From: Vitrella brassicaformis CCMP3155 | Lineage: Eukaryota; Protista; Chromerida | Assembly: GCA_001179505.1 (NCBI GenBank) | Contig: CDMY01000728.1 | Span: 1 to 26,487, forward strand | Direction: 5' to 3' | DNA length: 26,487 bases | Part shown: positions 12,381 through 23,600 of the stretch, one piece after another | Numbering within the stretch: position 1 is the stretch's first letter | How the letters are laid out: each line of letters begins with the position of its first letter | Program-made: the position numbers and the translations under genes | Notes under the pieces: model-generated | Databases searched by the model: none | What the model saw: the letters and a program-made list of their open reading frames with translations, nothing else | Told to the model about the DNA's origin: nothing

Positions 12381-14818
12381 CCATGTCAGCGAATGGGCGG
12401 CAAGACGTTTTCGTGGAAGGGCAAGAGGGATAACCAGCAGGGCGGTGCTGTGACTTCTGTTGGGACCACCACCAAAGCACAGCAATCCACACCGGTACGC
12501 ACAGACAAACATGCAGCTCATGGCGATGGCATTTTTGCTGTTTGACTTGGCTCCATCCAGGTGGTGTCTGTTGGTGCTGGGAGGCGTTTGCCGCGTGAGG
12601 GCCTCATTCTCATCTGCGGCTATGGCGTGTGGCCGCTCTTCGACAACAGCATCGCCAAGGAGGCCGGGGCTCAGTGCCGCCAGGTGGACATCGACTGCTC
12701 CCGGGCCGCCGACAGGGCCTTCTGGCAGACGATGCCCGCCAATGTGGCCATGAGGTGGGGCGGCCGCATGCCGAAGATCGCCCGCATCTGGTGCTGTCAC
12801 CCGGCTGGCGAGGGGGCCTGGTGTCTGGACGTCATCTCGGCGCTCATCGAGGGCCACACAGAGGGCCGCACAGCCATGGTGGCGGAGAAGAGAACAGAGG
12901 CAGAGAGGCGGGGAGAGGCGGCCGACATCCCCGACGGCTCACTTACGACGATCGCCTTCGAGGCGGCTGAGCTGAGCGACGAGGTCATGCAGTCCGTCAG
13001 GCGCACCAACCCCGGCCTCCCCTCTGTGTCTGCCCCGCTCCCCTCCCTCCCCGCCCTCACATCCATCAGCGGCCTCACCCGCCGCCACCGTGGCATCGGC
13101 AACCGCGGCTGGCGCGCCCCGTCGCTGGAGCGGGTGCAGGCGCACGAGCACGTCGACACACTGGGGCCNNNNNNNNNNNNNNNNNNNNNNNNNNNNNNNN
13201 NNNNNNNNNNNNNNNNNNNNNNNNNNNNNNNNNNNNNNNNNNNNNNNNNNNNNNNNNNNNNNNNNNNNNNNNNNNNNNNNNNNNNNNNNNNNNNNNNNNN
13301 NNNNNNNNNNNNNNNNNNNNNNNNNNNNNNNNNNNNNNNNNNNNNNNNNNNNNNNNNNNNNNNNNNNNNNNNNNNNNNNNNNNNNNNNNNNNNNNNNNNN
13401 NNNNNNNNNNNNNNNNNNNNNNNNNNNNNNNNNNNNNNNNNNNNNNNNNNNNNNNNNNNNNNNNNNNNCTGAGGGTGTTCGACGTGCCCTCGACGGTCGA
13501 CCAGAAGGCCGAGGTGCTGCAGGAGGTGCCTGTTGCTGCAGAGGAGGGACAGCCGGGGCCGCTGGCGAACTTGGAGGATGTCGGGCCGATTGAGATCCCC
13601 GCCAATCTGACGACGAATCAGCAGGCGTTGACAATATGGTGCACTCGGTTGCAGGTCAGCAGGCAGACAGACAGACAACGGACAACGGCTGCAATGATAC
13701 TTGCTGTGTCTATGTCATTTCCTTGTTTAGATGTTGGGGTCGGGTCTCGTGTCACGAGGCTGTCGTCGGTCAATCAAGTCGCTGAAGGTCAAGTTCGTCA
13801 ACCGGGCGGTTGTGAGCCCAAGGCTTTTCGACTTCGCCGAGGCCCTGCAGACATTCGCCAGTGCGGTGTGCATCGAGGATGCCCCCATCAGCTTCAAAGG
13901 TGTCGTAGGGTGGTTCCTCCTGAAGACTCTGTACCGCCCCCTCTTCCCCGCTGCCCCGTCCCCCGTCCTCGAGACCCTCATGCACCAGCTGGCAAACCAG
14001 GCGACAGAGGTGGGAGTGGACCTCAGGTGGTACACCCTCGCCGCCCCGGCCACGCCTGCGATGCTGGACATGGCCAGAGGTCTCGCATTCAACAAGGCCA
14101 CGCGTGTGGTTGTGTTGGGTGTCGACCAGCCTGCACAGGCCGCCCCCGCCCCCGCCCACCCTGCCCTCGCCATCATCCACCAGATCCAGCCGATGCCGCA
14201 GGTGTCGTCCCTGTTTCTCGACAAGCACACGGCATTAGCGGCCGGCATCCAGCTCGCCAGCAAGATGCCCAACTTGCGGGAGCTGTCCATCCAGGGCGGT
14301 GTGCCGATGGAAGAGGCGCTGCAGGCCATCAAGGCCATCGGGTGTGAGCGGGAGCTCGACGAGGTGGACCTGAGTGACATTCAGGGGGTGGGCAGCGGGG
14401 GCATCGACATAGGGGAGCATATTAGAGAGGGATTCCCACAGATCACCAAACTGGTTGTCGATCTTAGAGGTGGGTGGATTGGAGGGTAGACTGCCCCACG
14501 GAGAGGGAAAGAAAGTAACACCCAGAGAGACCTGTATCTGAATCTGCGTCTGTGCCTGTCTGTGCGTCTGTGTGTCCAATCCCACCAGTTCCTGGTGGCG
14601 TCACCGACTTTGTCGAGTTCGCCTGTTCGAGTGTGAGATCGCTGCTGCAGCTCAAGTGCAAGACGGTGGACCTCCTGCTGCGGGGCCTGGATGCCGACAC
14701 ACGCAGCCGGCTCGAGTCTGCCGTGCCTGCACAGCTTGGCAGCATCGTGGGCACGATGATATGGTGCTCGCAGAAGGGGGAGAAGCTCAGGATCACTGCC
14801 GAGCATGACAGTGGGTAG
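11474..14818 (+). CDS. Hypothetical protein: heptad-like N-terminus, small beta-rich module, F-box-like motif, degenerate LRR-like C-terminus; interrupted by assembly gap
   Basis: ATG at 11474 (MDIDNADGPAAAAAA). Short exons SLRDVTDQLDS / MTSQMAACTEAAK / DRGRLADALKTF / TLRAPRYKVGTRVSV (ends 12289), then long exons 12561-gap, gap-13655 and 13730-14469, and last exon 14589-14818 (VPGGVTDF...AEHDSG*). Phases are consistent across the checked junctions. Confidence 0.7.
13169..13468. other. Assembly gap (300 N) inside a coding region
   Basis: Run of N from 13169 to 13468, with coding-like sequence on both sides (…HEHVDTLG before; LRVFDVPSTVDQK after). Confidence 0.99.
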
Positions 14819-15044
14819 CTACGGGTGTGTAGCGGCGTATGGGAATGGGCCAGCCATTGATGTGTGTGTACAGGGTCCATGGATCGGGTGAGACGTTCAT
14901 GTGATGCTCGATCAAGAATTGGTGACTCGTGTCAAGACGGTCCCATACATGCAGTCATTACGACCTCTCACTCATTCATTCATCTGCATCTCCTCTCTCC
15001 CGTCCATCATCCATCCATCCATCGACCCATGCATGGCTCTCATC

Positions 15045-17036
15045 TCATTTGGCTCGCACGAAGCCGATCATGAGCTTGGAGCGGTCGAACACGGTGTAAA
15101 AAGCACGCAGGAACACCTGCACACAACACACACTTCCTGTCCCTGTCCCTCTCTCTCTCTGGCTGTCTGACCTGTCCGAGTGTCCACCCTCTGATGTCAT
15201 CCGTCTCGCCGGCGTCGTCCGTCGCTATGCCTGCATGGGCACACAGATACAGTGATTTGTCGTACTTGTCTGTGTGTGTGTGTGTGTGTGTGGGCTGTAG
15301 CTGACCGAGCATGCATTCTGACTGTCCGTCCTCCCGCCGAAACTCCAAGACGTAATCGTCCGGCGTCAACACAAGCTGCAGCCACACACACCCCCACACA
15401 TGAGGCGCACATCCCCCTGTCTGTCTGTCTGTCTGTCTGTCTAGGTCTGTGTGACCTCCAGGACGTTGCCTTCGAGCCCCTGTATCTGCAGCATGAGGGA
15501 CGGCAGCCGGCCGCGGTCGGCACACGACGACACACGCAGGTCAGACAGATCGGTCGACTTGGGGGCGTAGATGAGATAAGTGCCAGTGTCTGAACAGACA
15601 CGAATGACACGTGTGTGTGTGTCTCCACTCAATGCTTATGTGTCACCGACCGACGATCGACGTCTTCTCGCCGTCCATGCTGATGTCGAGGAGCGGCGCT
15701 GTGGCTGACGGGCTGTCTTGCGGCTGTGCCTTGCGAACGCCGAGGACAGTGACGGCCCAGTAGGACGATGAGGGGTCGACAGGCGCCCACACAAACTCCT
15801 CGGCTGGCGTCCGCTTCAGTGACAGGTCCGCACCGCCAAACAAGATCTGGCCGCCGTCGTGAGACAGATGGTACGAGAACTGATTGGCCAAGCTACACGT
15901 ACACACACACACAGAGGTGAGAGAAAGACATCTCATCCGTGTGCCTGTCTGTCTGTCTGTCTGCTGTGTGTGGGTGTGGGTGAGACTTGAGCTTAGTGAG
16001 GATTTCGTTCTTCATGATCGTGTCCCTGACACACATACACACAGAGACATGGCAGCCACGTCTCCCTTTCTGCCTCTCTAGTTGCATCGATCTAGGTGTG
16101 CATCGTACATGAGTGGTGTGACGCCTCTCTGTTTGATCTCCGCGTTTGCAAAGCCCAAACCGACAATGCCGTCCCACTCGATGGTCTCGAGCAGCGGCAC
16201 GTCGACCGTCGACGCGAACCCCACACTCTGATTGGGAACCTCGATGCCATCACCGACCACAACCTGCACACCACCACACAGAGAACATGCAGCCGCCCCT
16301 CTCTCTCTGTCTCTCTCTGTGTTGGTTATATTTTACTCACCGTCTCGGTTGCGTCTCGTCCGGCGACTTTGCCGCTGAGGTACTCGACGCTGAGTCGCGA
16401 GGGCTGGCCGTCTGACGTCCGCCGCGGGCGGTACGTAACACTCCGCCGGTAGAGGGTGTGTCTCGCACAGGCGGGACTCGCACAGCTCTGGTCGGGCACC
16501 CACAACTCGCACTACGCACACGGATGGACACAGAGACGTGAGATGGGATTGTCGTTGTGTGTCGGTGGTCGTCTGACCGACCGATGCTGTGTCGAACAAG
16601 ACTTTAAAATGTGTCGTGGGGCTCTTGCTGCATCCATCCATCCATCCACAGAGACACAGCCATGCATCCACCTCGAGTGCGCGTGTGATTTATTGGCTGA
16701 CTTACCCGATGCCGATTGTGCCGAAGTAAGTCGCCAGACGCTGCACACAAAGACACAAAAACACAAACCATTCTGTCATTCCGTCACTGCTTAGTTTCTG
16801 TATGCGCCTACCTTTGATGCGAGGACTTGTGTGTGCAGGGGGAGTCTGTCGCCGCCTCGAAGACTCAGCTGCAGAAAGGACGGGGCAGACAGAGTGGCGT
16901 TGTGTCTCATGCGCACATGGTCCCTCTCTGTCTGCCGGTCGATGCGCGTCAGCGGCACTCTGATCAGGCCGTCAGCAGACACACATGCACTGCAACAGAG
17001 GGCGAGAGCCAAGGCCAGCAGCAGCAGACGAACCAT
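15045..17036 (-). CDS. Secreted pepsin-like aspartic protease (peptidase family A1) with signal peptide and propeptide
   Basis: 11 exons: 17036-16812, 16740-16706, 16627-16582, 16511-16341, 16263-16109, 16025-15987, 15892-15651, 15589-15456, 15375-15306, 15230-15172, 15116-15045. Signal peptide MVRLLLLALALALCCSACVSA. Motifs: YFGTIGIG, FKVLFDTASCELWVP, flap EYLSGKV, WDGIVGLGF, SIVDTGTYLIYAP, GWTLGQVFLRAFYTVFD, IGFVRAK*. Confidence 0.93.
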
Positions 17037-17556
17037 TTGCTTGAGTGATTGATTAACCCGTCAGTCAAAATGTCAATCAATACGTGTTAACGGCAACGAC
17101 ATGATTGTACCTATGACATATATATGTGTATCCAACAGTGATCGATCAGTCAGCCAGCAAGTCAGCCATCCTCTGCTCGTGTGTCAGCAAGGCATTGCCA
17201 CGCTGGATATGAAGATAAAAGACTCATCTCCTATGCCCTATGACTTCCATTTGCTTTCTTTCCTTCCATTTCCTTTCTGTTCCATTCTCATTCATTCAGA
17301 AAATTAAGAGACAAAGAACAGGACGGCCAACAAAGCCGAGAGAGAGAGATAGAGAGAGAGAGATTTCAAACTCCACCCCTTTGCTCAAGAGGTAATTCGC
17401 TCCAAAGCAGGACAGGCACAAAAGAGTCACAAACAATAAACACCACAAGGGCCACGAATGCCCCAAAAAGAGAGCATCCAGTCATACAAACAAAACCTAT
17501 GTGTGTGTCTGCCTGCCTGTCTGTCTGCATTTGGTTCTGAGAAGAGAAGACGTCCT

Positions 17557-17592
17557 GGGGGCTTCTGGGGGCTTGTGGGGGCTTGTGGGGGG
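17557..17592 (+). repeat. G-rich 10-bp tandem repeat (GGGGGCTTGT-like x4), potential G-quadruplex
   Basis: ggggg cttct ggggg cttgt ggggg cttgt gggggg: four G5-6 runs with 5-nt loops, between the receptor stop and the protease start. Confidence 0.7.
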
Positions 17593-17653
17593 TGTGCACG
17601 ACACCCTGTCTCGCACACAAAGGAACTGCCATGTTGTGTCTCCATTAGTCCAG

Positions 17654-20600
17654 TCAGAACGAGAAGACGTCCTGGACCATGCCAACCGAGTCGATGTTAA
17701 GGCCGGCGAATCCGACGAGGCCTCGTGTGAGTTCGTGTGTATCGCTGATGGCATGCAATTGAACCGTCAGCTCGTGTAGCGATTGTGCACCCTGCATGGA
17801 TAGACATGGACAAAGACACAAACATTCATAAGCAGTGATGGCCAGTATGTCGATCAGATCAGCTGCCCGACTGACCGAGAAGGTGAAATCAAACCAGTGG
17901 GGCATCATCCAAACGACCCAGTCGAAGGACCCCACCCGCAGCACGGCCATCAGCAGGAAAGACAGCAGGCAGAAGAAAATTATCGGCTGCAACAACATTC
18001 AAAAGCGCAGTCGGCCCAGTATCGGCTGCAGTATCTCCAAGGCTGAAACAGACCTACCTGGAGGATAAAACTGTTTAGAAACTCAACCGAACACACCATC
18101 ACAAAGTCCTGATAGATCACGTAGGTCGGCTGGCCCTCGAGGCCGCTCTCCGCCAGCTGCGACGAGAAGGCGAAGAGGAGCAGGAAGGAGCAGCACGCGA
18201 ACCAGTAGAGGAGCCCGATGGTGATGCCGATCCGTTCCTTCAGCCGCCACCGCGACAACACAGCTATCTTTCTGTCCTGTTGTCCCGACACACACACAGG
18301 TGCAACATTGCAGGAGATCCATCAATACATGGACAAATGATAGGCCTTTCACACCGACCAATGAGAAATGACCTGACCGACAACATATGACAAGAGGCAC
18401 GTTTTCAGTTGGATGGATGTCTCTTTGTATGTAGTTACCAGAATGGCGTCCTGTGAGGTCGGCGATGCGTCGAGGGGTCATCACAGTGAGGCGTCGCGTG
18501 TGTATTGACGACAGTTTCTGCGCGGTCATCTTCCTCTGTGCTCGCAGATTACGGGGCGTGGCCCCGTATTGTATTTCTGCACACGAGCACCACCCCCAAC
18601 AAGCCATGACTACCTCTCCCCTCTCTCTCTCTCTCTCTCTCTCTCAACCTCTTACCCTGTCTTGTAGCTGACGGCATGATGTGAGGGACGGCTTTGCGGA
18701 AGAGGAAGAGCAGCGTCAGCGGAATGGGTTTGGAAAGCAGGATTGACCATAGGAGCACGGCGATCTGTCGGAGTGTGAGGAGCCACCCGATGCCCCCCGA
18801 CTGCCAGGCCATCAGCACTGTGCTGTCGTCCTGCCGACGGCTGTATCGGCCCTGGTCGAAGAAGACCGCGCACATCGTCAAGATGCCTAGACTGATACTC
18901 CCAAAAAAGAGGGTCCGTTGCACGGCGGTGAACCTGACTCATCAGACAAATGTGGCCACTCCTGTCGTGTGTCTCCCTCAGTGTCTGTCGTCCTCAGTAC
19001 GTGGGGTTCAATATGAAGAGCTGTGACGAGCCACACACAACCAGCCACACAGTGAGTGCCTACGCGCTGCCTCTCACGTGTCTGTGTGCTGCGTTTGAGG
19101 TGTGTGCCTTTCACCTTGAGAAGGGGGTGGTCTCGACGGCAAACCTCGCGGAACATCTTTGGAGCGCCCCATTCCACATACTCGACACGACGCAGTGTTC
19201 GGGTCACCATCAGCTCCACCTCCGCATTCACATCAATCCACAGCTCTGTTACGCTCTTGCGACGATCCGCCAGTTGTGTCGACCCTCTTTTGAGCTGGGG
19301 TCTGTCGTCTGGGGATGATGAGATCGCGATCATGACCGACTTGGTCGACTCGCGGCGCAGCTCTGGTCGGCTGCTCTCTGTGTCTCCTTGCTCCACAGCG
19401 TCGACCCCTTCACTCCAGCCGGGGGCCACAGTGGCGGGCAGCGGTGCCTCCGCGCCAGCCGCGTCGGCGCTAATCTCACCAGGCTGGCTGCTGCGAGAAA
19501 CAGGGCTTGAGTCGAAGAATGAGCCAATGACATTCACCTTCTCGTCGCGTCCTAAACTGATGGGCGAGGTGATCTCAGTGTCCGTTGCAGTGCCATCGGC
19601 TGAAGTGTCTTGCGGCTGGCCGGCGATGTTGTCCAGGGAAGTGACAGTCTGCGGGCGGCCTACGATTGTGGGATTGAGGAGCGATTCCGCTGCGGCCTGC
19701 TGCTGTTGCTGCTGCTGCTGCCTTTTGCGCTCCAGGACGGCACTGAAAGAGCGTTGAATGAGTACGGCGGCGGCCTGCTGCCTCTGCAGCTCCAACAACA
19801 GCCGCTTTCGGAGCGCTTCCTTCAGCACGCCACTCCTGCGACGACAATGCAGACAGTCCGAGGCACAAACACGTCAGTCATTTAGTCAGAGTCAGCAGTT
19901 TAGGGCCCCCAGCATACTTGATAAGAGAGACGTCTTTGGCGTCTTTGTCATGGCTCCCCCACGATATGAGCTTGACCCATGCCGACTCGAGCCTCCGGGT
20001 GTCCTTTCTCGTCTTGTCTCTCTGCAGCAACCGCTGTATCGCCCGGAGATCCTTGGCATCGACCGCAGCGCTCGTCGACTCGGCAATCGACATGTCGGAC
20101 TGCACGTGATCCTCTTCGTCAGAAGCGAACTCCATCGACGCATGTGGCGAGCCGATGCGCTTGACTCTCTTGCGGGGGGAGGACTCGCCACTCTGCAGGG
20201 CGGATGGGCTGAATGGTGCCGGTATGTCCACCCCCCGGCCCTCTCCTCCCAGAGCGACATGCTGTTCTTCAGAGGTCGTCCAGTTTGGGGGGAATGTGGG
20301 GACGTCCTCTGCGAGATGTGTCTCGAACAAGGCGCTCTCCTGTGAGAGTAGGTGCTTGATCTGTCGCTTGGAGTGGAAGTGCTTGATGAAGTCGGACAAG
20401 GAGGGAGGCTCCTCCGCCACTTTGCACCTCAGCTTCTGGTGGTCGACGTTTTTCTCTGCCCACTCGACGGACAACCGCTTGTTCATCCTGCACCCGCCCA
20501 CACATCCATCTCTCCAGGAGGGTTCACACAAGTAGGAGAAGCTTGTACCATTCCTCCATTGTGGGCTTGGTTGTTTCAGCCCTCACAACGGTTGAAAACT

Positions 20601-23600
20601 TGGAGGGAGGCTTGCCCGGCGATGGCTCGTCGTGTAAGCTTATGATGCTCTTGCCACTGCTTGGGGCTGTGTGGACATCCGTCAGGGGTTTGCCTTCGCT
20701 CAGCAGGTCGTTGCGCACCGCTCTGCAGCAGAGAAGGAATGAATGGCAGCGGTTATTTGTTCATCAGGGGAATTCACTTACCTGAGTGTGCGCAGTTCCT
20801 GGAGATGCAGTGTGGGCTCTCGCTTGCGGCAGTGCAGGTAGATGCCGCCGAAGATGCGGCATATGAGGAAGTCGCACCACCAGGGGTGGTAGCACCGACG
20901 GCCGACACAACCATTGATACTCCGCTGCAAACTCGACCGCTGCGCATGAAGAGCAAGGACGAAGGAAATGGGTGTCTATCTGCGGTCGTTGATTGTATGT
21001 GTGTGTGCTTACGGCTTTGTGTCGTGTGCTGTCGCGACAACCGGCACACAGCAGACAACAGAACAGGAGTGAGACCATTGGTGGACATACACAGTGTTCG
21101 AATGACCCACTCACTCGAGCAGTGGATCGGTCATCCTGATGAAACATCCAATCAAACGGGTGGATAATGAATTCACAACACAATGATGCGTGTGCGCTGT
21201 GTCGTGACTGACCATATATCAAGCAAGATCTCATCAGTGATACTGCCAAGAACGACGATCAAGACCAGCACACAACACATAATGATTGTGTGTCTCTTGT
21301 CTGTTGTGCTTACGGGTGTTTGCAGTCGAAGTAGACCGAGAGGATTAAGCAAGTGGTGTGTATGGCGATCATAATCGACACGAAGAAGGCAGCTATGTTT
21401 TGTGTCCACGCGGTGATGTCGGCCATCCTGGCGAGGGAGTCACCCGCACCGCCCACCACCCCAGCTATATGGCTGTCAACGATCACACTCCTGCAGACAC
21501 GGAAGCACTCACACACGCATCATGACCTAGGTGTGTGTGCCAGCGGTGTCAGCTGACCTGAAGAGTGAAGAGAATTCTGTGAGGTGAGTGCACTCACAGC
21601 AGAGGGTCGTCTCATTCGACAGCGCCAAATTCACATGACAACCTACACATACACACCCGTTAATTCATTGATCGACCGATGGATTGATCCGAGAGACACG
21701 TGTGTGCATGGCTGACCTTGTGTGTCCCACTGGTGCGTCGATGCGTTCCAGAAGCCACACACCACATGTACATCGTACGCCCTCTCCGTTCCATTGACAG
21801 AGGCATTGCCAGCCGCCGGCACGCTGTCAGCTGAGGGGCGAGGGATGAACAGCCGGAAGGGCCTTTGCTGCCCGTCACCCGCCGTCAGCTGCAGGTCGCT
21901 GCCGCATTGTCGGGCCGACACAGCCAAAGTGCCCTGCGCTGCATTTCTAAGAGTGTCGTTGGCGGTCAGGTTGGCCATTGGCACCTCCTCCTGAGCGGCA
22001 TAAGCGTATGGGTCGTCGGCCCAGAAGGTCATCTGCACACTCTCGCGCAGCCCGCCGCCATCGGCGCACACGGCTGGTGGGATGGATGGCAATGAAGGCA
22101 TGTCCACGGCCACACTGGTTTCCTTCATCGTGAGTGTGGCCCCACTGGCCGTGTCTGTGCGGGCAACTCTCAGCCGCGTCTTGGCGCCCACCACTTCGGC
22201 CGTGCCATTTGGATGTGCGGCTGCACGTGTGGCGAGGCTGTCTGCCAGCTGGGCTGTGGTGCCGATGATATCAGATGACAACGTGTGATAGGTCCCGTTG
22301 GCAGCCGGTGTCAGCCGCCGAAGGTGTCCGTCGGCCTTTGCTGTCCTGTTGAGTTGTCTGAGGAGGCCGGCCGCCCCATCGAGATAGTACTGAAGGCCCT
22401 GCAGCTCCTTGACGGCATCCGCGAGAGTGTCGTCCGGCTGGGAGATGGTGTCCGCCGAGACGGCCGCGAGAGCCTTGAACGTCGCGACGCCCGCCTCCGC
22501 CGTGTCCATGTCGTCGTTCTCTGCACACACAAGACAGCACGGCAATCAGGTGATCTTGTGTGTCTATCTTTGTTCTGCTGCATGCCTGTCTCATCGGCCA
22601 CCTCGACGGTCGTCGCCAGCGTGACGGCTGACAAGAGCACTTCAGCCGGGCTGCTCGACACATCACTCAACTTTGTCGACCGATCGATAGCAGCCTGACC
22701 AGGTACACAAAGGACAGAGGAATTGGGTGCCCTGTCGTTGCTTGTGTGTGTCGACATGTACCTTTTGCAGGTTGCGCATAAGTGCCTTGACGACTGCGTT
22801 TCTTTGCGCCTTGGTCTCTTCCTGTGTGGAATTGGGCTTTGCCAGCCCGGCCATGTCCTCTTTGCGGGCCACTTTGGCGACGTTAATAGTCTTGAGTAGC
22901 CGAGAGCTGAAGTCCTCGGGCGAATCCACGGGCGGCGGTGTGGGTGGTTCCTCGCCCTCGCCCCCCACCAGGCTGCCGATCGTGTCCTCTGCATCCGAGA
23001 TGTCAACTGCATCGGGGTTCTGCAGCAAGTAAAAGAGACATGCGCACACACGAGACATACATGCACCGATGCAAGTGTCTCGTCTCTCGGTGGGGCCAGT
23101 CACTTTGAGATTGTCTAGGTCGTCTGTGATATCGTCCACGTCCACCGGCGGGACGAGCACCGGGGGCGCACCAGCTAAAGACAAACACGGAGGGAGGCAG
23201 CAACAGCCAGCCGATCGACGTTCATTGTGCCTCTCGCGTATCTTTCTCACTCACTTGTGGGCGCCATTGGCGGTTCTGTCGTTGGAATGCCTGGCTGGGG
23301 GACTGTTGTCGGTGGTGCAGTGGTCACAGGGCCTGTGGTCGGTGCAGCCGTGGTTGCTGGCGGAGGTTGGGCGGTTGTCGACGGTGGCAATGTGGTGGGA
23401 GGTGGAGGTGGCGGGGCTGTGGTCACGGGTGGAGGGGGAGCAGTCGTCGGTGGTGCTGTCGTTATGAGGACTGAGGGAGGCGAGCAAGGGGACACGAGAC
23501 AGAGAGAGGGAGAGGCAGAGAGAGCTGACGAAAAGGCAAGCCTTGTGCTTACAGCATGGCGAGCCTGGCGTAGGGCATGTGTATCCTGCTTCAATCTGGC

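Noticed and set aside
17544-17675. 15-nt direct repeat gagaagacgtcctgg at 17544-17558 and 17661-17675 (echo of the last codons in the 3' UTR)
   Set aside because: Too short and isolated to indicate a target-site duplication or a mobile element; no element lies between the copies.
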